From Antedon mediterranea (Eukaryota > Animalia > Echinodermata), in NCBI RefSeq assembly GCF_964355755.1, contig NC_092671.1:27416070-27480069 (forward strand): a stretch of 64,000 nt of DNA. The letters run 5' to 3'. A program made the translations under genes and the position numbers. Below are positions 25,340-38,452 of the stretch, piece after piece (positions within the stretch are counted from its first letter, which is position 1; every line of letters begins with the position of its first letter). A model generated the notes under the pieces. The model ran no database searches, was not told where the DNA came from, and saw nothing but the letters and a program-made list of their open reading frames with translations.

Positions 25340-25878
25340 GTATGTCATCAAGTTTATCAAGAATATCAGGAGTTTGCATAAAAACTTTGAATCATTAAAT
25401 GATTTTCTCAAAAGTATTGATGTAAATTTTTTTTTTTATTATTCGTCTAGTCAAAACCTGGCTTAGAGAACAACCTTATGAATATTTTCATTTGAAAGAA
25501 TATAATTTTGAACACAAAAATAGACTAAACAAAAGAGGTGGTGGAGTTGGCTTATTTATTGACGAAAACTTAAAGTACAATATTAGAAAAGATTTGAATA
25601 AAATAGTGCATCCAGAGAATACTGAAACCTTATTTATTGAAGTAGAACGAAATCAGTGTAAAAATATAATTATTGGTATTGTTTATAGATCACCTAAACA
25701 GAATATTAATATATTGAATAAATTTGTTGCTACTACATGAAGTGACAAATAATAATAAAAAAATTGTGTATATTATGGGCAATTTTAATATTAATATTTT
25801 AATTCTTACTCATTGTTTCCCAGTATAACTAAACCAACTAGAATTACACCTAGATCGGCAACCTTAATTGACAATATT
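25340..25878 (+). pseudogene. LINE APE endonuclease fragment
   Basis: NIRSL, RGGGVGLFI, IGIVYRSP, PTRIT, TLIDNI. Confidence 0.8.
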
Positions 25879-28403
25879 GTCGTGTATCGTTGTACCGTAG
25901 GTTCGTGACAAATTAACACACGTAGATATGAGTATGATATAACCATGAGTTTAATGAAACAACTTGTAATAAACAACAAAGTGTCGTTCGTAGGAAAACA
26001 CTAGAGCAAGCCCTATGGCTTTTAGTCGTGTTTTGAAAGTGTTGATGTTTTCAGATGTCTTTATGTCGATTGGCAGTTTATTCCACAAAATGGGTGCTGC
26101 ACAGGAAAATGCACGATGGCCATATGTCTGAAATTTCCATTTAGGAACATGAAGGAGAAGTTTATTAGATGAACGCAGTGTACGAGATGAAGTGTAAAGT
26201 ACAGGAAGATCAGCAATATACTGACGTGCAAGTTCATTTAGAGCTTTGTATGTAATGAGAAGCAGTTTGAATTTAATACGGAATTGAACGGGCAGCCAAT
26301 GCAAGTTCCGAAGTACTGGTGTGATGTGTTCATGTTTTCTAGTACGAGTGATGATTCTGGCAGCAGTGTTCTAAGCGCGCAGAAGAGATAGTTGTGAATC
26401 CGGTAGTCCAAACAAGAGTGCGTTTCCATAGTCGAGTTTAGCAGAGAGTACAGCGTAGATTATGGTTTTACATGATTCCGGAGATAAATATTTCCTGATG
26501 TGGTTAATTTTTCTGAGATAAAAGTAAATCGCTTGACAAGTATTAGAGATATGTTGTTTAAAGGCATGTCTTTCATCAAAAGTGACGCCAATATTCTTTG
26601 CTGATTTCACCAGTTGAACAGTAGAGCTGCCAACATTAATGTGGTCGAATGGGAGAGATGATATGTCAAACTTAGAGCGAATAAGAATGACTTCTGTTTT
26701 CTGGTAGTTAAGTTTAAGTTTGTTAACGGTCATCCATTGCTTAATTTCATTTACACATTGTTCAACAGAACTGACAGCAGAGCTAGAATCCGATTTAACA
26801 AATGACAGGTACAGTTGGTTATCATCGGCATATTGGTGAAAGCTTAAATTGTGGCGTCTAATGAGTTGTCCAATGGGTGAAATATAGATGGTAAACAGCA
26901 GAGGGCCCAAAACAGACCCCTGTGGTACACCAAAATGCAGAGGTTTAGGGTCAGATATTTTGCCATTGACGACTATTGATTGGAGCCTGTTGGTTAGGTA
27001 TGAGCGGAACCAGGAAAGTGCGCTTCCTGTAATACCGAGAGTTGAAAGGCGTTTAAGAAGTATTGCATGGTCGATGGTGTCAAATGCAGCTGACAAGTCT
27101 AATAGAACAAGCAGAACACATTTTCCGGAATCTATGGAATTCAAAATATCGTTGTGAATTTTGAGTAGTGCTGTCTCTGTACTGTGGAATTTTCGGTAAG
27201 CTGATTGGAGAGGTTCAAGCAAGGCATTCTCATTCAGATACTTATGTATCTGAGCTGCAACAGTCTTCTCAATTATCTTGGAGATAAAAGGAAGGTTGGA
27301 TATAGGATGAAATCATCATCAGATATGGATGAAATACGACGGAACGTTATTTTCTTCTTACGAAGTGATGGTTTAGAGAGACATAATTCTGCAATGATTG
27401 GGTGGTGATCTGAGGATTTTAGGTCGTCAACAAGTACTGATGAGATAAAAGAGTTATCGTTGGAAATAATTAGGTCCAATGTATGACCATACTTGTGCGT
27501 AGAATTTTGTACATGTTGGGTCAGATTGCATGATTTAATAAGTTCTAAAAATCTCTTGGCGTAGTTGTCAGTATGGTCATCAACGTAGAAGTTGAAATCG
27601 CCAGCAATGATTAATTTAGAACTCCAGGCAGAACAAGTTTCTAGGTGACTTCCGAATTCGGACAGGAATTGTGGTACAGTTAGTTTGTTACGTACACTCG
27701 GAGGAGGACGATATACGATAGTAAGTTTCAGATTGGAACCATTATGTTGAAAAATAGCATCAGCAGCTTCGAAAGATTGCACATTATGGATTGGTTCCCA
27801 CGATGTCAATTTGAGTGTAGATTTATACAAAACAGCAACACCGCCATGAGCAGGACCTGTTGCGTTTTTACTTGTAGATGTGCGTGGAAAATGTTGAAAT
27901 GAATAACCAGTCGGTGTACACTCATTAATGATAGGTTCATCGCCAATTTCTCGTAACCATGTTTCTGTAATGGCGATAATGTCAATATCTTTTTCAACTA
28001 TATAATCTGAAATTTCAAGAGCTTTATTGCAAATTGAGTGTGTATTCCATGTTGCAAATGTAAGGTTTTTTACAATTACGATTATTGGATTCGAATGTGT
28101 AGGTTCGAGCATAGAGATCTCTATGGTTTGAGTGATGGTGCAAAGTTTCCCACAATGTCGGCTTTTCTAGTACATTTTGTAGAGTAGCAATTTTATCACC
28201 CGTAGGAAAGGATGTTGATTTCTTTTTACCACGATGAGTTGGCTTTTTAGTATTAATGTCAAGGTATTTAAGCGTGTTCCAAACACCTGTGGACAGCCTA
28301 GTACATGCTTGTACGTTGAGTGCTAACAGCACTGTAGGAGTATAGTGCATTGTACAGCTAGGCCAATTAAGACAGTCCTTTGTTATGGTGAGTAGTTGAA
28401 AAG

Positions 28404-30770
28404 AATACAGGTCAACCCGTACCCATGCCAACTCGTACCCACCAACTCGTACCCAAATTTTGGCTTACTCATACCCAAAATTTTGGCTGACCCGTACCCA
28501 TCATTGTCTGGCCCGTACCCAAGTTTAATGCTATTTAAAGTATATTTATATTACATTTAAACCCAGTTTTATTAAATGTTTAGATACCAATCATATGTTC
28601 GATATTATAATGGCAAAAACTATTGACCTAAAAAGTATAATAATATGTACAGACTCGTACGAAAAAAGCACAGCTTTCATCGTATTTGCGTACGTCGTAT
28701 TTGGTCAAGTTAATACTTGAGGGCGCTGTTTTATATGGCTCTGTGGAAGATGTCAGTGGTCGGCTGTGCTGCATTCTATTTTTTTTTCATTTATGAGTTA
28801 TTCATCTATTATTTTCTACAAATAGTAGTACACGGAAATTGAAATACCCACTGTGATGATGAAAACTTGAATTATTAAAAGTAAACATGAATATCTTTTA
28901 TACATAATTTGTATTTTCATTTTATTTTACAGATAATGAAGTAATGTGCTTTTTGAAAATCGTTTTAAAACGAATGTTTTTTTTTGTTTTGTTTTGCAAG
29001 TTTTGGAAATTATTAAACTGTTTTAACATTTCGAAAATATTTAATACATTTTTAAGTAGTCACTCGTATTTTAAAATCACGAAACTTTTTAAGTGGATAC
29101 CAGCCTCATTGCTGCTATGAGCATCTTAGTAGTAGATTAGATTATTGCCGTTTATCTAGTATACAATGACGGATGTGAGAGTAATAATAAAAGGTAACCT
29201 CCCAATAATTTAACATTTAATTACAAACGACGACATTTGCTGTTATTACGTTTCATTTTATAATGATTATTACTGTATTATTATGACTAAAAACCGAAAT
29301 AAATACTACAAACTTAAAAAAATCATCTTATCGCTGACAGATACGTAAGTACTCAGACACGTGTAGGTAGGCCTTCAGAACGCTTATATTATTTTAGTAA
29401 ATAAGACGACATCCGTTGCCATGGAAAAACGATCGTAGTTCATTCATTTGTCTTATTTGACACATTATAGAATGCGTATTTTTTTTAAAAAGGGAATTCC
29501 TCGTCAGCAAAAACACGTAGCTGTAAGTTATTGAGGAAACATCTACCAAAAATGTTTAATTACCGTAAACAAACAGATAATTTTACTGAATTATTTCAGA
29601 AAAAAAATAAATAGAAAACGATCATACGCCACATTGCGTTGTCTATTTTTGGACACACTACAAATGGACCCGTACAAATGCGTTTTTTTTTAAATATTAA
29701 AGAGGAATCCCCATTCAGAAAAAACACGTACGTAGCTGTTATAGAAGAAAATCTGCCAAAATGTTTAATAATTGCCTTACAGTACGGCAGTACGTGTATA
29801 TGATCATTTCACTGAATTATTAATAAATAAAATATATGGAAAACGATCATACGTCATTACTGAGTCGTCTCTTTGACGCCGGCCCTATAAATGCGTGTTT
29901 TTTATAATAAAAGGTTAATCCCGGTCAGCAAAAACACGTAACACGAAATCTACGAGTAATTCGACCCCATAGCCCTGCAGGCTTGTTGCTTAAAACAGGG
30001 CGTTGTTAATTCAACCAATTTTAAACATACCAATACAATAGAAATAATAATTACTTGATCGAATGTAATCAGGATAGTTAGATCAAGATAATTAGAATAA
30101 AATAAAAGAATAAATATTGATAAGTATAAAATTATACGTTGTTGGTACTTTACCTGGGCTTAATTGAATTGTAATACTAACTATACAACAGTTAAAATAT
30201 TTTTTTATTAATTAATGTTCTCTTACGTAAATAAAAAAGACACATCAAACATACGTTTATAAAACTATAATACTACATTTAAATAAATGTTAACAAATAT
30301 AAACGAAGTCTACAATCAAATCAATGGTCATTAATTTTTTTTATTAGCACACATTTCACCGAGACCTGTAAAATAAAAAAACAATTTAAATATAAAAATA
30401 TTCATACGGCAAAAGCATACCACTAGTTTTGCGCCGATCAAATCATTACAAGTAATTATTCAAATTGGGTACGAGTAGGCCAAATAATGGGTACGAGTAG
30501 GCCAAATAATGGGTACGAGTAAGCCAAAAATGGGTACGGGTAAGCCAAATAATGGGTACGAGTAAGCCAAATAATGGGTACGAGTAAGCCAAATACTTGG
30601 GTACGAGTAAGCCAAATATTTAGGTACGAGTTGGCATGGGTACGGGTTGGTTTGGGTACGGGTTAGCCAAAGTGGGTACGAGTTGACCAATTATTTGGGT
30701 ACGGGTTAGCCAAGTTGGGTACGAGTTGGCATGGGTACGGGTTGGTTTGGGTACGGGTTGACCAGCACCC
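28404..30770. mobile_element. Non-autonomous Mutator/foldback-like element with tandem-repeat TIRs
   Basis: 9-bp TSD gttgaaaag (28395-28403, 30771-30779). TIRs are built from CGTACCC / GGGTACGAG units: a short array on the left, a ~300-bp array on the right. Confidence 0.85.
29420..29945. repeat. Three diverged ~200-bp direct repeats
   Basis: Recurring aaaacgatc...aatgcgt...tcagcaaaaacacgta blocks at ~29426, ~29615 and ~29840. Confidence 0.65.
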
Positions 30771-31059
30771 GTTGAAAAGCCCAGGCAGCTATTGAAGAAA
30801 TCACTGAAGCAAGCAAGCTATAAATGATAGGTTGAGCCTACAATATTTTTGTATTTAGATCGTAGATTATTAAGACACCATGTAGACCAGTATACCCAAA
30901 ATTATCCAATATATGATAAATGATGTGGAACAGACATAAGTCAGACAATAAACTTGTAGTTTACGATATAAGATCCGAAAAAAAACCCGTAATATACACA
31001 GGAGCCTTTGTTGAGGCTGCCTTGTCAGGGCGCACTCTTCACTGCGATTGCGAACCGAA

Positions 31060-31530
31060 GTTGTAGAACAATGCAAAGGTGTTTCAACCAGATCAAGCAG
31101 AAAGTCGGCGTCAGAAAAGTTTCACAGCTCGGCTATCACGGATCATATGGCGACTCTTGGTCACACACCCAATTGGAACAACATCAAAGTCTTAGCAAAA
31201 GAAACTGAATGGAACACAAGAAAAATAAAAGAAGATTACACCCTAATAATATGAATAGAGATGAATGAGCATATGAACTATCGCACATTTACGATAACAT
31301 TCTAAAACGTAAAGAGACCGACCCCCGCACATCCCGCTTGGATAACTCCAAGCGGTAAACTTCACAATGGCTCCTTTCAACCGTGTCACCGTTACGTCAC
31401 CAGAACGTATTCACTTATGATTATGCCTTGCTGTTAGTAGGCGAAACATCAAGTTTTCTGGAAATGTAAGTACCGATATCATCTTACAAACTTGACACTA
31501 TATTGGATCATATAGAAGTAACTTTTTGTC
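31060..31530 (+). mobile_element. Second Penelope-type remnant (GIY-YIG C-terminus and pLTR with a decayed hammerhead at 31413-31454)
   Basis: SAITDH...HTPNW, MNRD, YELSHIYD parallel the 8950 ORF. Motif actt-atgattat-gcct..aggc-gaaac-atc-aagt. Confidence 0.75.
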
Positions 31531-31560
31531 ACATAACTTTTATTATTATCTCAATAATAA

Positions 31561-32995
31561 CTAGATTTAATTCGTCACTATGACGAATTATAGGTTGTAT
31601 GCATTGATTTAAATAAAGATAATTGATTGATTGAAGATATATTAATTTATTGATTTTCTCAGAATCTTTATTTATAATATATGATAGGATCTTGCTAACG
31701 CAAATACAATAGCCGGTATCATAATTCGATCAAAGATCCTTCTGCGTATAATAATGTCATAAACCACATTTGTTACATAATAATAAAGACATAAGTTACT
31801 TTTTATCTAGATTTCATTATAAATCATGTGTATAATCTATACACTAAGAAATACAATTGAACAAAAAATATGGATAATTTAAAAAAATCTTATTTCGTTT
31901 TGTTTCCCAAGGTGAGATTCGAACTCGGTACCTTGAATGCTATAGACACGAGCAAAGACCACCGAGCCATACACAACTGACTAAAAGTTATGGAAAGATT
32001 CCTCCGTGTATTTACTATGCAGTAATGAATTATAATGTTTTACTATGATGACATCTTTAAAAATTTTCTTAAACGATGCACTGTCAAACTACTTTTAACT
32101 TTAATATATGAACTTCTTAAGGAAGAAAGTTAATGTTAAGTTTGTTATTTCGGCCTAAGAAAATGTTATAATTTGTTTGATTGTCGAAATTAATTTTTTA
32201 AAATTTAATATGCCATTAATGATTACTTAATCAACTTTTGTTCTCTTAATTTCATAATAAATCATACATATGATACATACACTTTAAGAAAATGTAATAA
32301 AAAAAATAGGTGTTCCCGAGCATTCTAACGATATACATTAATTTTAAAATTTAGCATATTTTTACCATTTTGTTAACTTCCACGTGCGTAGCCTGTCACT
32401 TTTGACGTGCTCGTATAACGCTTTTTCGCATTGAAAAGTGAATAAAATATGATGATATTATTAAAGAAAGGTTATACAACAACAGTGCGCATTAACGTTT
32501 GCCGCGCAATGCGCGTGCAAAAATCTGCGCACTCATGGCAATTTTTTAAACGCCTAAAATTGCCTGAAACGTACTCTAAATTCATCGAAAATAAATTTTG
32601 ACAATTTTGAACATTTTAAGCGCGCGTACGCATGCGTTATATGCGCTACGCACGTAATTGTATTGCCATATGATGAAATATGACCTGAAATTTATGAGTA
32701 CCAAATTTTTTTTTAAAGTGATTCATGCTTGTGAATATATGATTACAAACATGATTTTGTTAAATCGCGCGTAGACCGCGTAATGATTGATTGCGCACCG
32801 TGAAAACATAACCACATCGATTCCTGGCCATAAGGAATATACTCTGAAAAATTGATTTAGCTAGATGAAACTGATGCCAAGATAATTCACGGACAAAATA
32901 GTGCTAAGGAAAGAATAAATAAATAAATAAATAAATATATAAAGATCCTGACAGAATCAAGAGGTTATATGCATTAATGCATATAACCTAATTAT
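31561..32995 (-). mobile_element. Non-autonomous Helentron (HINE/DINE-1-like) inserted in a LINE remnant
   Basis: Palindromic subTIR aggttatatgcattaatgcatataacct at 32962-32989, partner subTIR taggttgtatgcatt at 31591-31605, hairpin aattcgtca-cta-tgacgaatt, terminal CTAG, A/T-rich site, (TAAA)n tract. Confidence 0.75.
31905..31973 (-). other. tRNA-derived (SINE head-like) remnant with Pol III A and B boxes
   Basis: TGGCTCGGTGG (A box) and GAGTTCGAATC (B box) at tRNA-like spacing; no clean cloverleaf. Confidence 0.6.
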
Positions 32996-33830
32996 AATGC
33001 CACATGTTTCTTGAATCCAACTGATGAAAGAGAGATATATGAAATAATAAATAAACTCAGTTGCAATAAAAACCCAGGCTATGATAATATACATCCAGGC
33101 CTAATTTAAAAAGTTGCTAATGAGATCTTTCTATAAGTAATGGAATCATACCAGACGCCTTAAAAATTGCAAAGGTTGTACCAATTTATAAAAAAGATAA
33201 TCCAGAATTATTTAGCAACTACAGACCGGTTTCTGTGCTCCTAACGCCTAATGCATAATAGATGCTACAGCTTCTTGAGTAAATTGAATATTTTTGTATA
33301 ATAATCAATATGGATTCAGAAAGAATCATGCTACGCATATGGCAATACTTGATTTGAAAAATAATATAACTAAAGCCAAAACAATGATTGACATGTACAC
33401 TGTTGGCATTTTTATGAACTTATCAAAAGCTTTCGATACAATCGATCACAATATTCTACTCAATAAATTTTACAATTACAGATTCCGTGTTGTATCACAT
33501 GAATGGTTCAAAAATTATTTATTGAATAGAAAACACTATGTGTCCTACAATCATGTAAATTCATCATATGAGAGTGTCAAGTGTGGGGTCCCCTAAAGTT
33601 CAATATTAGGGCCTTTATTGTTTATCATATATAAGTTACTCTTTTTTATATTATTTGCAGATGACACTACTGTTTTCTACTCGGATTGTAATATTGATAA
33701 TATGTTGAATGTAATGAATAATGAGCTTTCAGAAATCTGTAACTTGTTTAAATGTAACAAATTGTCACTCAATACTGATAAAACAAATCTTATGTTTGTG
33801 GGAACACCGCACCAAACAAAAAATCTTCGC
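32996..33830 (+). pseudogene. CR1/L2-group RT fragment
   Basis: PGYDNI, NYRPVS, NQYGFR, LSKAFDTIDH, LFADDT, NKLSLN. Confidence 0.85.
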
Positions 33831-34929
33831 CCCCTGGAAGCTTTCGTGGTCTAGGGCAATCTAGATCATTTGAATCGGTTTACGCACACACCATCATTTT
33901 CATTATACAGAACATTTTTATATTCCAGGCTGCCACAAACACTTTTTCTTGCTTGTTCCTCCCTTTTCACCAATACAAAAGTTGCATGAAATGAACATAG
34001 AGATGCAAAAGTTTGAAAAAAGAAATTAGAATGATAGCATGGGGTGATATTATTAAATGAGAACCGTAAGGTTAAGTGTCCATACACTGTGCAAGTCCAA
34101 GAAGCTATCTTGGCTCTGTGTGTATGTGAGACGCTTCATACCCATCCATATAATAAGCATTACACTAACATATTTATCGCCTGTACATACAATATTTTGT
34201 TAAAAAATATACCTATTTTGTTCGAATGTATAGTATAGGTGATAGCTTATACATAATTCTAATAACTAACTTCTAAATTAGTAATATAAATTTTACGTTA
34301 GTTACTAACGGCGCTCTAGACATCAGGTGATGCATCTTTAAACAATAAGTGTGCATTTCTGAACATTCTTCTTGGCTTTTAAAGACAGAATTCGCGAATG
34401 ACATTCTCTGTATTAATTTTCATTTAATAATTCACAATCCCGAAAGCCGATCATAAGACCTGTGATTTCACAAACAGGTTTTCATTCTCCGTAAAGTCGA
34501 AAAACTCCGCTAACCTTCAGCAGACGTTACGGGCAGTACACATGCGATTACAAGAAGTGCACACACATTCGGGAACACATCAGGATCCTCTAATTTTTTT
34601 AATAGCTTCCGTTTTTTAATAGCTTGTTGCTGCGAACACATTCGCTTCCATCGCTGAAGCTTGGAATAAAGATGTTCGTTTCTTGGAATATTGGAATAAT
34701 GTGCCTGTCAATGTCAAAAACTCTCATAGTGTTAATCATTTCAAAACACAGATTTCTAAGCACATACAATCTCTTGACTAAGTGGCTTTACCTTGTACAG
34801 TTTATATTTTTTATTTATATATTAATAGATAACTTGTTTATTTTGGCTATGCATATTACAAGGGTAGGTGGGTTATGTCTTTATTTATGTAAATTGTGAA
34901 TATATATGTGTATTTATAATAAAATAAAA

Positions 34930-36210
34930 CTATGAACTTGGTTACTTCATGGTGATTTATTACTACAAATTTGTTTCATATGACCAGCAAAGCTGGCCAC
35001 ACTCATCAGGTAATGTACAAAGCATCAATGACACAAAATATAAAAGCTACTTGTTAATGAATGATCTGGAAGCAGTTGTTTATTGGGTTATAAAGGCCTA
35101 TTTTTTCGGACCTCCTGTCTGTTACTAATTAGGAATTCCTTTCTATGCCTACATGTTGATACCAGCTCGTTCCTGTTGTTCAGTGAGCATAGTTTGGGAT
35201 GACATATAATTATATATTTCTCATACAGGCATAAATTACAACGTTTGGTAATGTTCGAATATGCTTTACACTTCTTTAGAATTTTACAATTAATAGAGTA
35301 TTGCACATTTGAGTCCCTAAGGTTCCATATATATTTACTTAGTTCCGTACTATTCTTATGTTTCTCATTGCGAAATGAGCTAGTGTGGTTTCTGTATCTA
35401 GATTTAAATTCATTTTCCGTTAATCCGACATATGTTTCTTGTTTTTCATTGTCTTCTCGGGTTACAGTGGCTTGGTATATTATTCCTTTTGAAAGGTATT
35501 TACCAGGTAGGGGGAATTCGTTCTTTAAACGGCAGTTGTACTTGGATTGTCAGGTTCGCTTACTGTTTCTTTCACCAATACAGCTTTATTATGCGCATTA
35601 ATGGCACTGTTGATGTTAGGCATACAACTATAGCTCAGTTTTAAAGTGTTGAGTATTTTCCTAAGTTTGTGTCCTACCGGAAAGCATTTGTCTACTAAAC
35701 GCAGAAACTTGTGTCCAATATCTGTGGATAAGTTTTTGCTATATGGTGGGTTGAACCAGATAATGTTCCGTTTGCGTGTTTTTTTGGATTGGGTTGCGAT
35801 AGTATGTATGATCCTACCAGCTCGCATGTCTCTACGTCGAAACTTCCCATGGTGAGATCAAATATAGCTTTGCCATCCGTCTCTTTCTTACACCAAGGTG
35901 TGTTTTCATGAAAGAGTAGCGATTTTTTAGCTTGAATAATGATGTTGATTCATCTTTGGTAATAGTATCATATCTTGATGCAAACATGATTGCCTTTTTA
36001 AGTAATTCTAGCGATAGGCCTATAGACGGGTAGAAATCGTTGATATCGAAGCAAATAAACGAGTACCTGGCTTTGTTATCGATTGACTTGTACCATTTGA
36101 TAACAGCATCGGTGCTTTTCCACTGGTTTAATTTAGTCGATTCTATTACTTTCTTGTTGATCCTTTCTAGTATTTGCTTGCTCACAACACCATTTTCTGA
36201 TTTAGATGTG
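34930..36210 (-). mobile_element. Naiad-type Penelope-like element, internally deleted
   Basis: RT motifs NQWKST, FDINDFYPSI, TMGSFD.ETCELVG; then RKRNIIWFNPPYS; GIY-YIG IIYQATV...TYVGLTE; C-terminal KRCNLCLYEK and LN.RNELVSTCRH; hammerhead in the 3' pLTR. Confidence 0.82.
34959..35014 (-). ncRNA. Minimal type I hammerhead ribozyme
   Basis: Minus strand reads ATTAC-CTGATGA-GTGTGGCCAGC-ttt-GCTGGTCATAT-GAA-ACAAATTTGT-A-GTAAT. Canonical core, 11-bp stem II, palindromic stem III, GUA cleavage triplet, 5-bp stem I. Confidence 0.85.
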
Positions 36211-36339
36211 TACTTATAAATATTTATTTATGTTCCTTCAGTATTATGTTATTATTGGTGTTATTAAAAGTAGTACAACGTTTTTTTCAGACTCTGCCTT
36301 AGTTATACGTCCTCCATCTTAATTTGTATTTATGTTTGT

Positions 36340-38452
36340 TATGATGGAAATAAAGATTGATTGATCTGATAAAGCAAGAAAAGCGGTTTTTAGATGCGCA
36401 TGAAAAATACTGCGATGTGTTACAAGAAGAAGAGAAAGGAAGATTAAATCTTCAATCGTTAATTATGGAAAGTAAAAATATAATATCTGCTTTTGATGAT
36501 CGTAGTCGGTCTTCAAAAAAATCGTCTAAGTCATCTCAAGTAAGTAGGCAGAGTGTTAGAGAAACATTGCTGTCTCTAGAAAAGGAAAGGGCTGCTTAAA
36601 GGTAGATTTAGAGTTTGATGATAAAGAAGTTAAATTGCAACAACTGAAACGAGAACATTAACTGGTGTTGCAACGTTTTACATATGAAAAGGAAATTGGC
36701 AAAAACAGAAGCGTTTTGGAAGCGTTGAAGCGATTAGATAGTGACGATAGCTCGTCTTTAGAAGATGACAGTATGGATAATGTGTTAAAAGATATTCTAA
36801 TGGAAGAACCGGAAGCTGGAGTTCAACGTTTTCTAATTGACGCAAGTCCTTCATATGCAGGATTTCGTCTCGGAACAGTATGTACGACTACATGGTCAGT
36901 GGCAACGCCACCTGAAATGTCCGTTCCTGCCGCTGTTGGTTCAGCTGTTGCTTATATTTGCAATATTCGAATACGGCTTCAGATTTTGTAGAACGCCGTC
37001 TACCTTTTTCTGTTCCAGGATTAATTACTTCACATGCAGGCCTGCGTCCATGTTAACACAGATTGTGAGTATGTCACTTTATAATATTACACAAACTAGT
37101 GGTTACCCAAAATATTCTCCTCATATTGATTCACATACTAAAACTAGTGCCAGTAATCCTTGTGCCATGGGAGGCAGTGCATACCAACCGACTAATGTTG
37201 ATGCTCATACGATGAAAGAATTAATTGATTCATGTAGACTTTCCCGCTCTAAAGGTTGAACAGTTTGATGGTGACCCATTAAGGTTTCCTATGTGGGATG
37301 CAGCATTCACTGCTTTGATAGAGGCCAAAGCCGTATCATTTCAAGAAAAGCTTAACCTTTTAAGTCAACATTTAAAGGGTGAATCACGCTCACTGATAAT
37401 TAGTTATTTATTACTGCAAACAGAGAATTTGTATAATCTTGCAAGCAAACCCTTAAAGACCAATATGGGAATAATTCAGTTATCTTAAAGCCATTTCTTA
37501 AATGACTTGAGAATTGGCCGAAAATTAGCCCTAGTAATGCTATTGGTCTGCAATCCTACTCTGATTTTCTCAGTGTTTCCACTGCGAAAGAAAGAATTCC
37601 TGATTTAGGTTTATTGGACTACACTCAAGAAAATGCCAAATTAATTTCTAAGGTACGAAAATATGTTGAAGGCAAATGGAGAATGGTTCTTTTCCTAGTT
37701 TCTCAATTTTTTCAGGATTTATGAGGACAAGAGCCCAAGAAGCTAATATTCCTGTCTTCGATCAAGCGGTCAATGTTGCCTAGACAGAGAAACAAAAGAA
37801 GCCTTCGACACGCAATAACCCAGCGCATGTACTTACTACGAAAGCTGATTTAATTTGCCCATACTGTCAAAAGGATCACCACATTGATGACTGTAAAGAA
37901 TTTGAGAAACTAGTCCAACGAGACAAGCGACAGTTCTTCATGGATAAGAAAATATGTTATGGTTGTGGTATGTCGACTGATCATAAAAAATATAACTGTA
38001 AGGGTGTTGTTAAATGTAAGCACTGTGGTTACGAGCATCTTTCTTGTTTACATATTTTTAAACAGACTAAATCTACATCTCTTTACGCAAATATACATAA
38101 ACATTAAGTGATTGATAATTCTATGATTCTGCCAGTGTGGTTTATGAGAAATAAGCAGAATCCGCAAAAGGAAATCTTAGTTTATTGTATTTTAAACTCT
38201 CAATCTAATAGTTGTTTCGTTGCAGATGAGATAGTACAGGGACACAGAATTTGCGGAGAAGAGATTAAACTCAAGTTATCTACAATGCATACATCAGCCG
38301 TGGTCAACTGTAAGAAATTTAAAGGTCTGGAGGTTACCAGTTTCGACAAAAAAACAGTTATACAATTGCCTAGTGTGTTCTCAAGAGAATCAATTCCTGC
38401 AGAGACTACTCAAATACCGACTCCAATTACTGCGTCAAAATGGAAACATTTC
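36340..38452 (+). mobile_element. BEL/Pao LTR retrotransposon gag-protease remnant
   Basis: DUF1759-like EQFDGDPLRFPMW..AF; triple Cys/His knuckles (CPYCQKDHHIDDC, CYGCG...H...C, CKHCGYEHLSCLH); decayed protease YCILNSQSNSCF. Confidence 0.85.

Larger units (their letters stand above)
26010..31045 (-). mobile_element. L2-clade LINE with internal deletion; 5' region split by a foldback element
   Basis: APE 27273..28112. RT motifs QSAYRKFHSTETAL, LLDLSAAFDTIDH, YADDNQLY, HWLPV..RIKFK, RAFS.AAP.LWN. The sequence is continuous across the TSD at 28395/30771; the 5' boundary is approximate. Confidence 0.85.

Noticed and set aside
30460-30690. 76-aa ORF with repeated LAYSYP/WLTRT
   Set aside because: It is the translation of the TIR tandem repeats.
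31905-31973. Functional tRNA gene
   Set aside because: A and B boxes are present but the acceptor and anticodon stems do not pair cleanly, and it sits inside a repeat.
34400-34700. Cys-rich minus-strand stretch (CVCTSCNR) as a Helitron Rep remnant
   Set aside because: Too short and interrupted by stops to assign without a database search.
34930-36210. Selenoprotein-encoding Naiad (Sec codons plus SECIS)
   Set aside because: Conserved Cys positions that I could read are TGC/TGT or mutated to TAC/TTC, not TGA, and I see no SECIS-like hairpin between the stop and the hammerhead.
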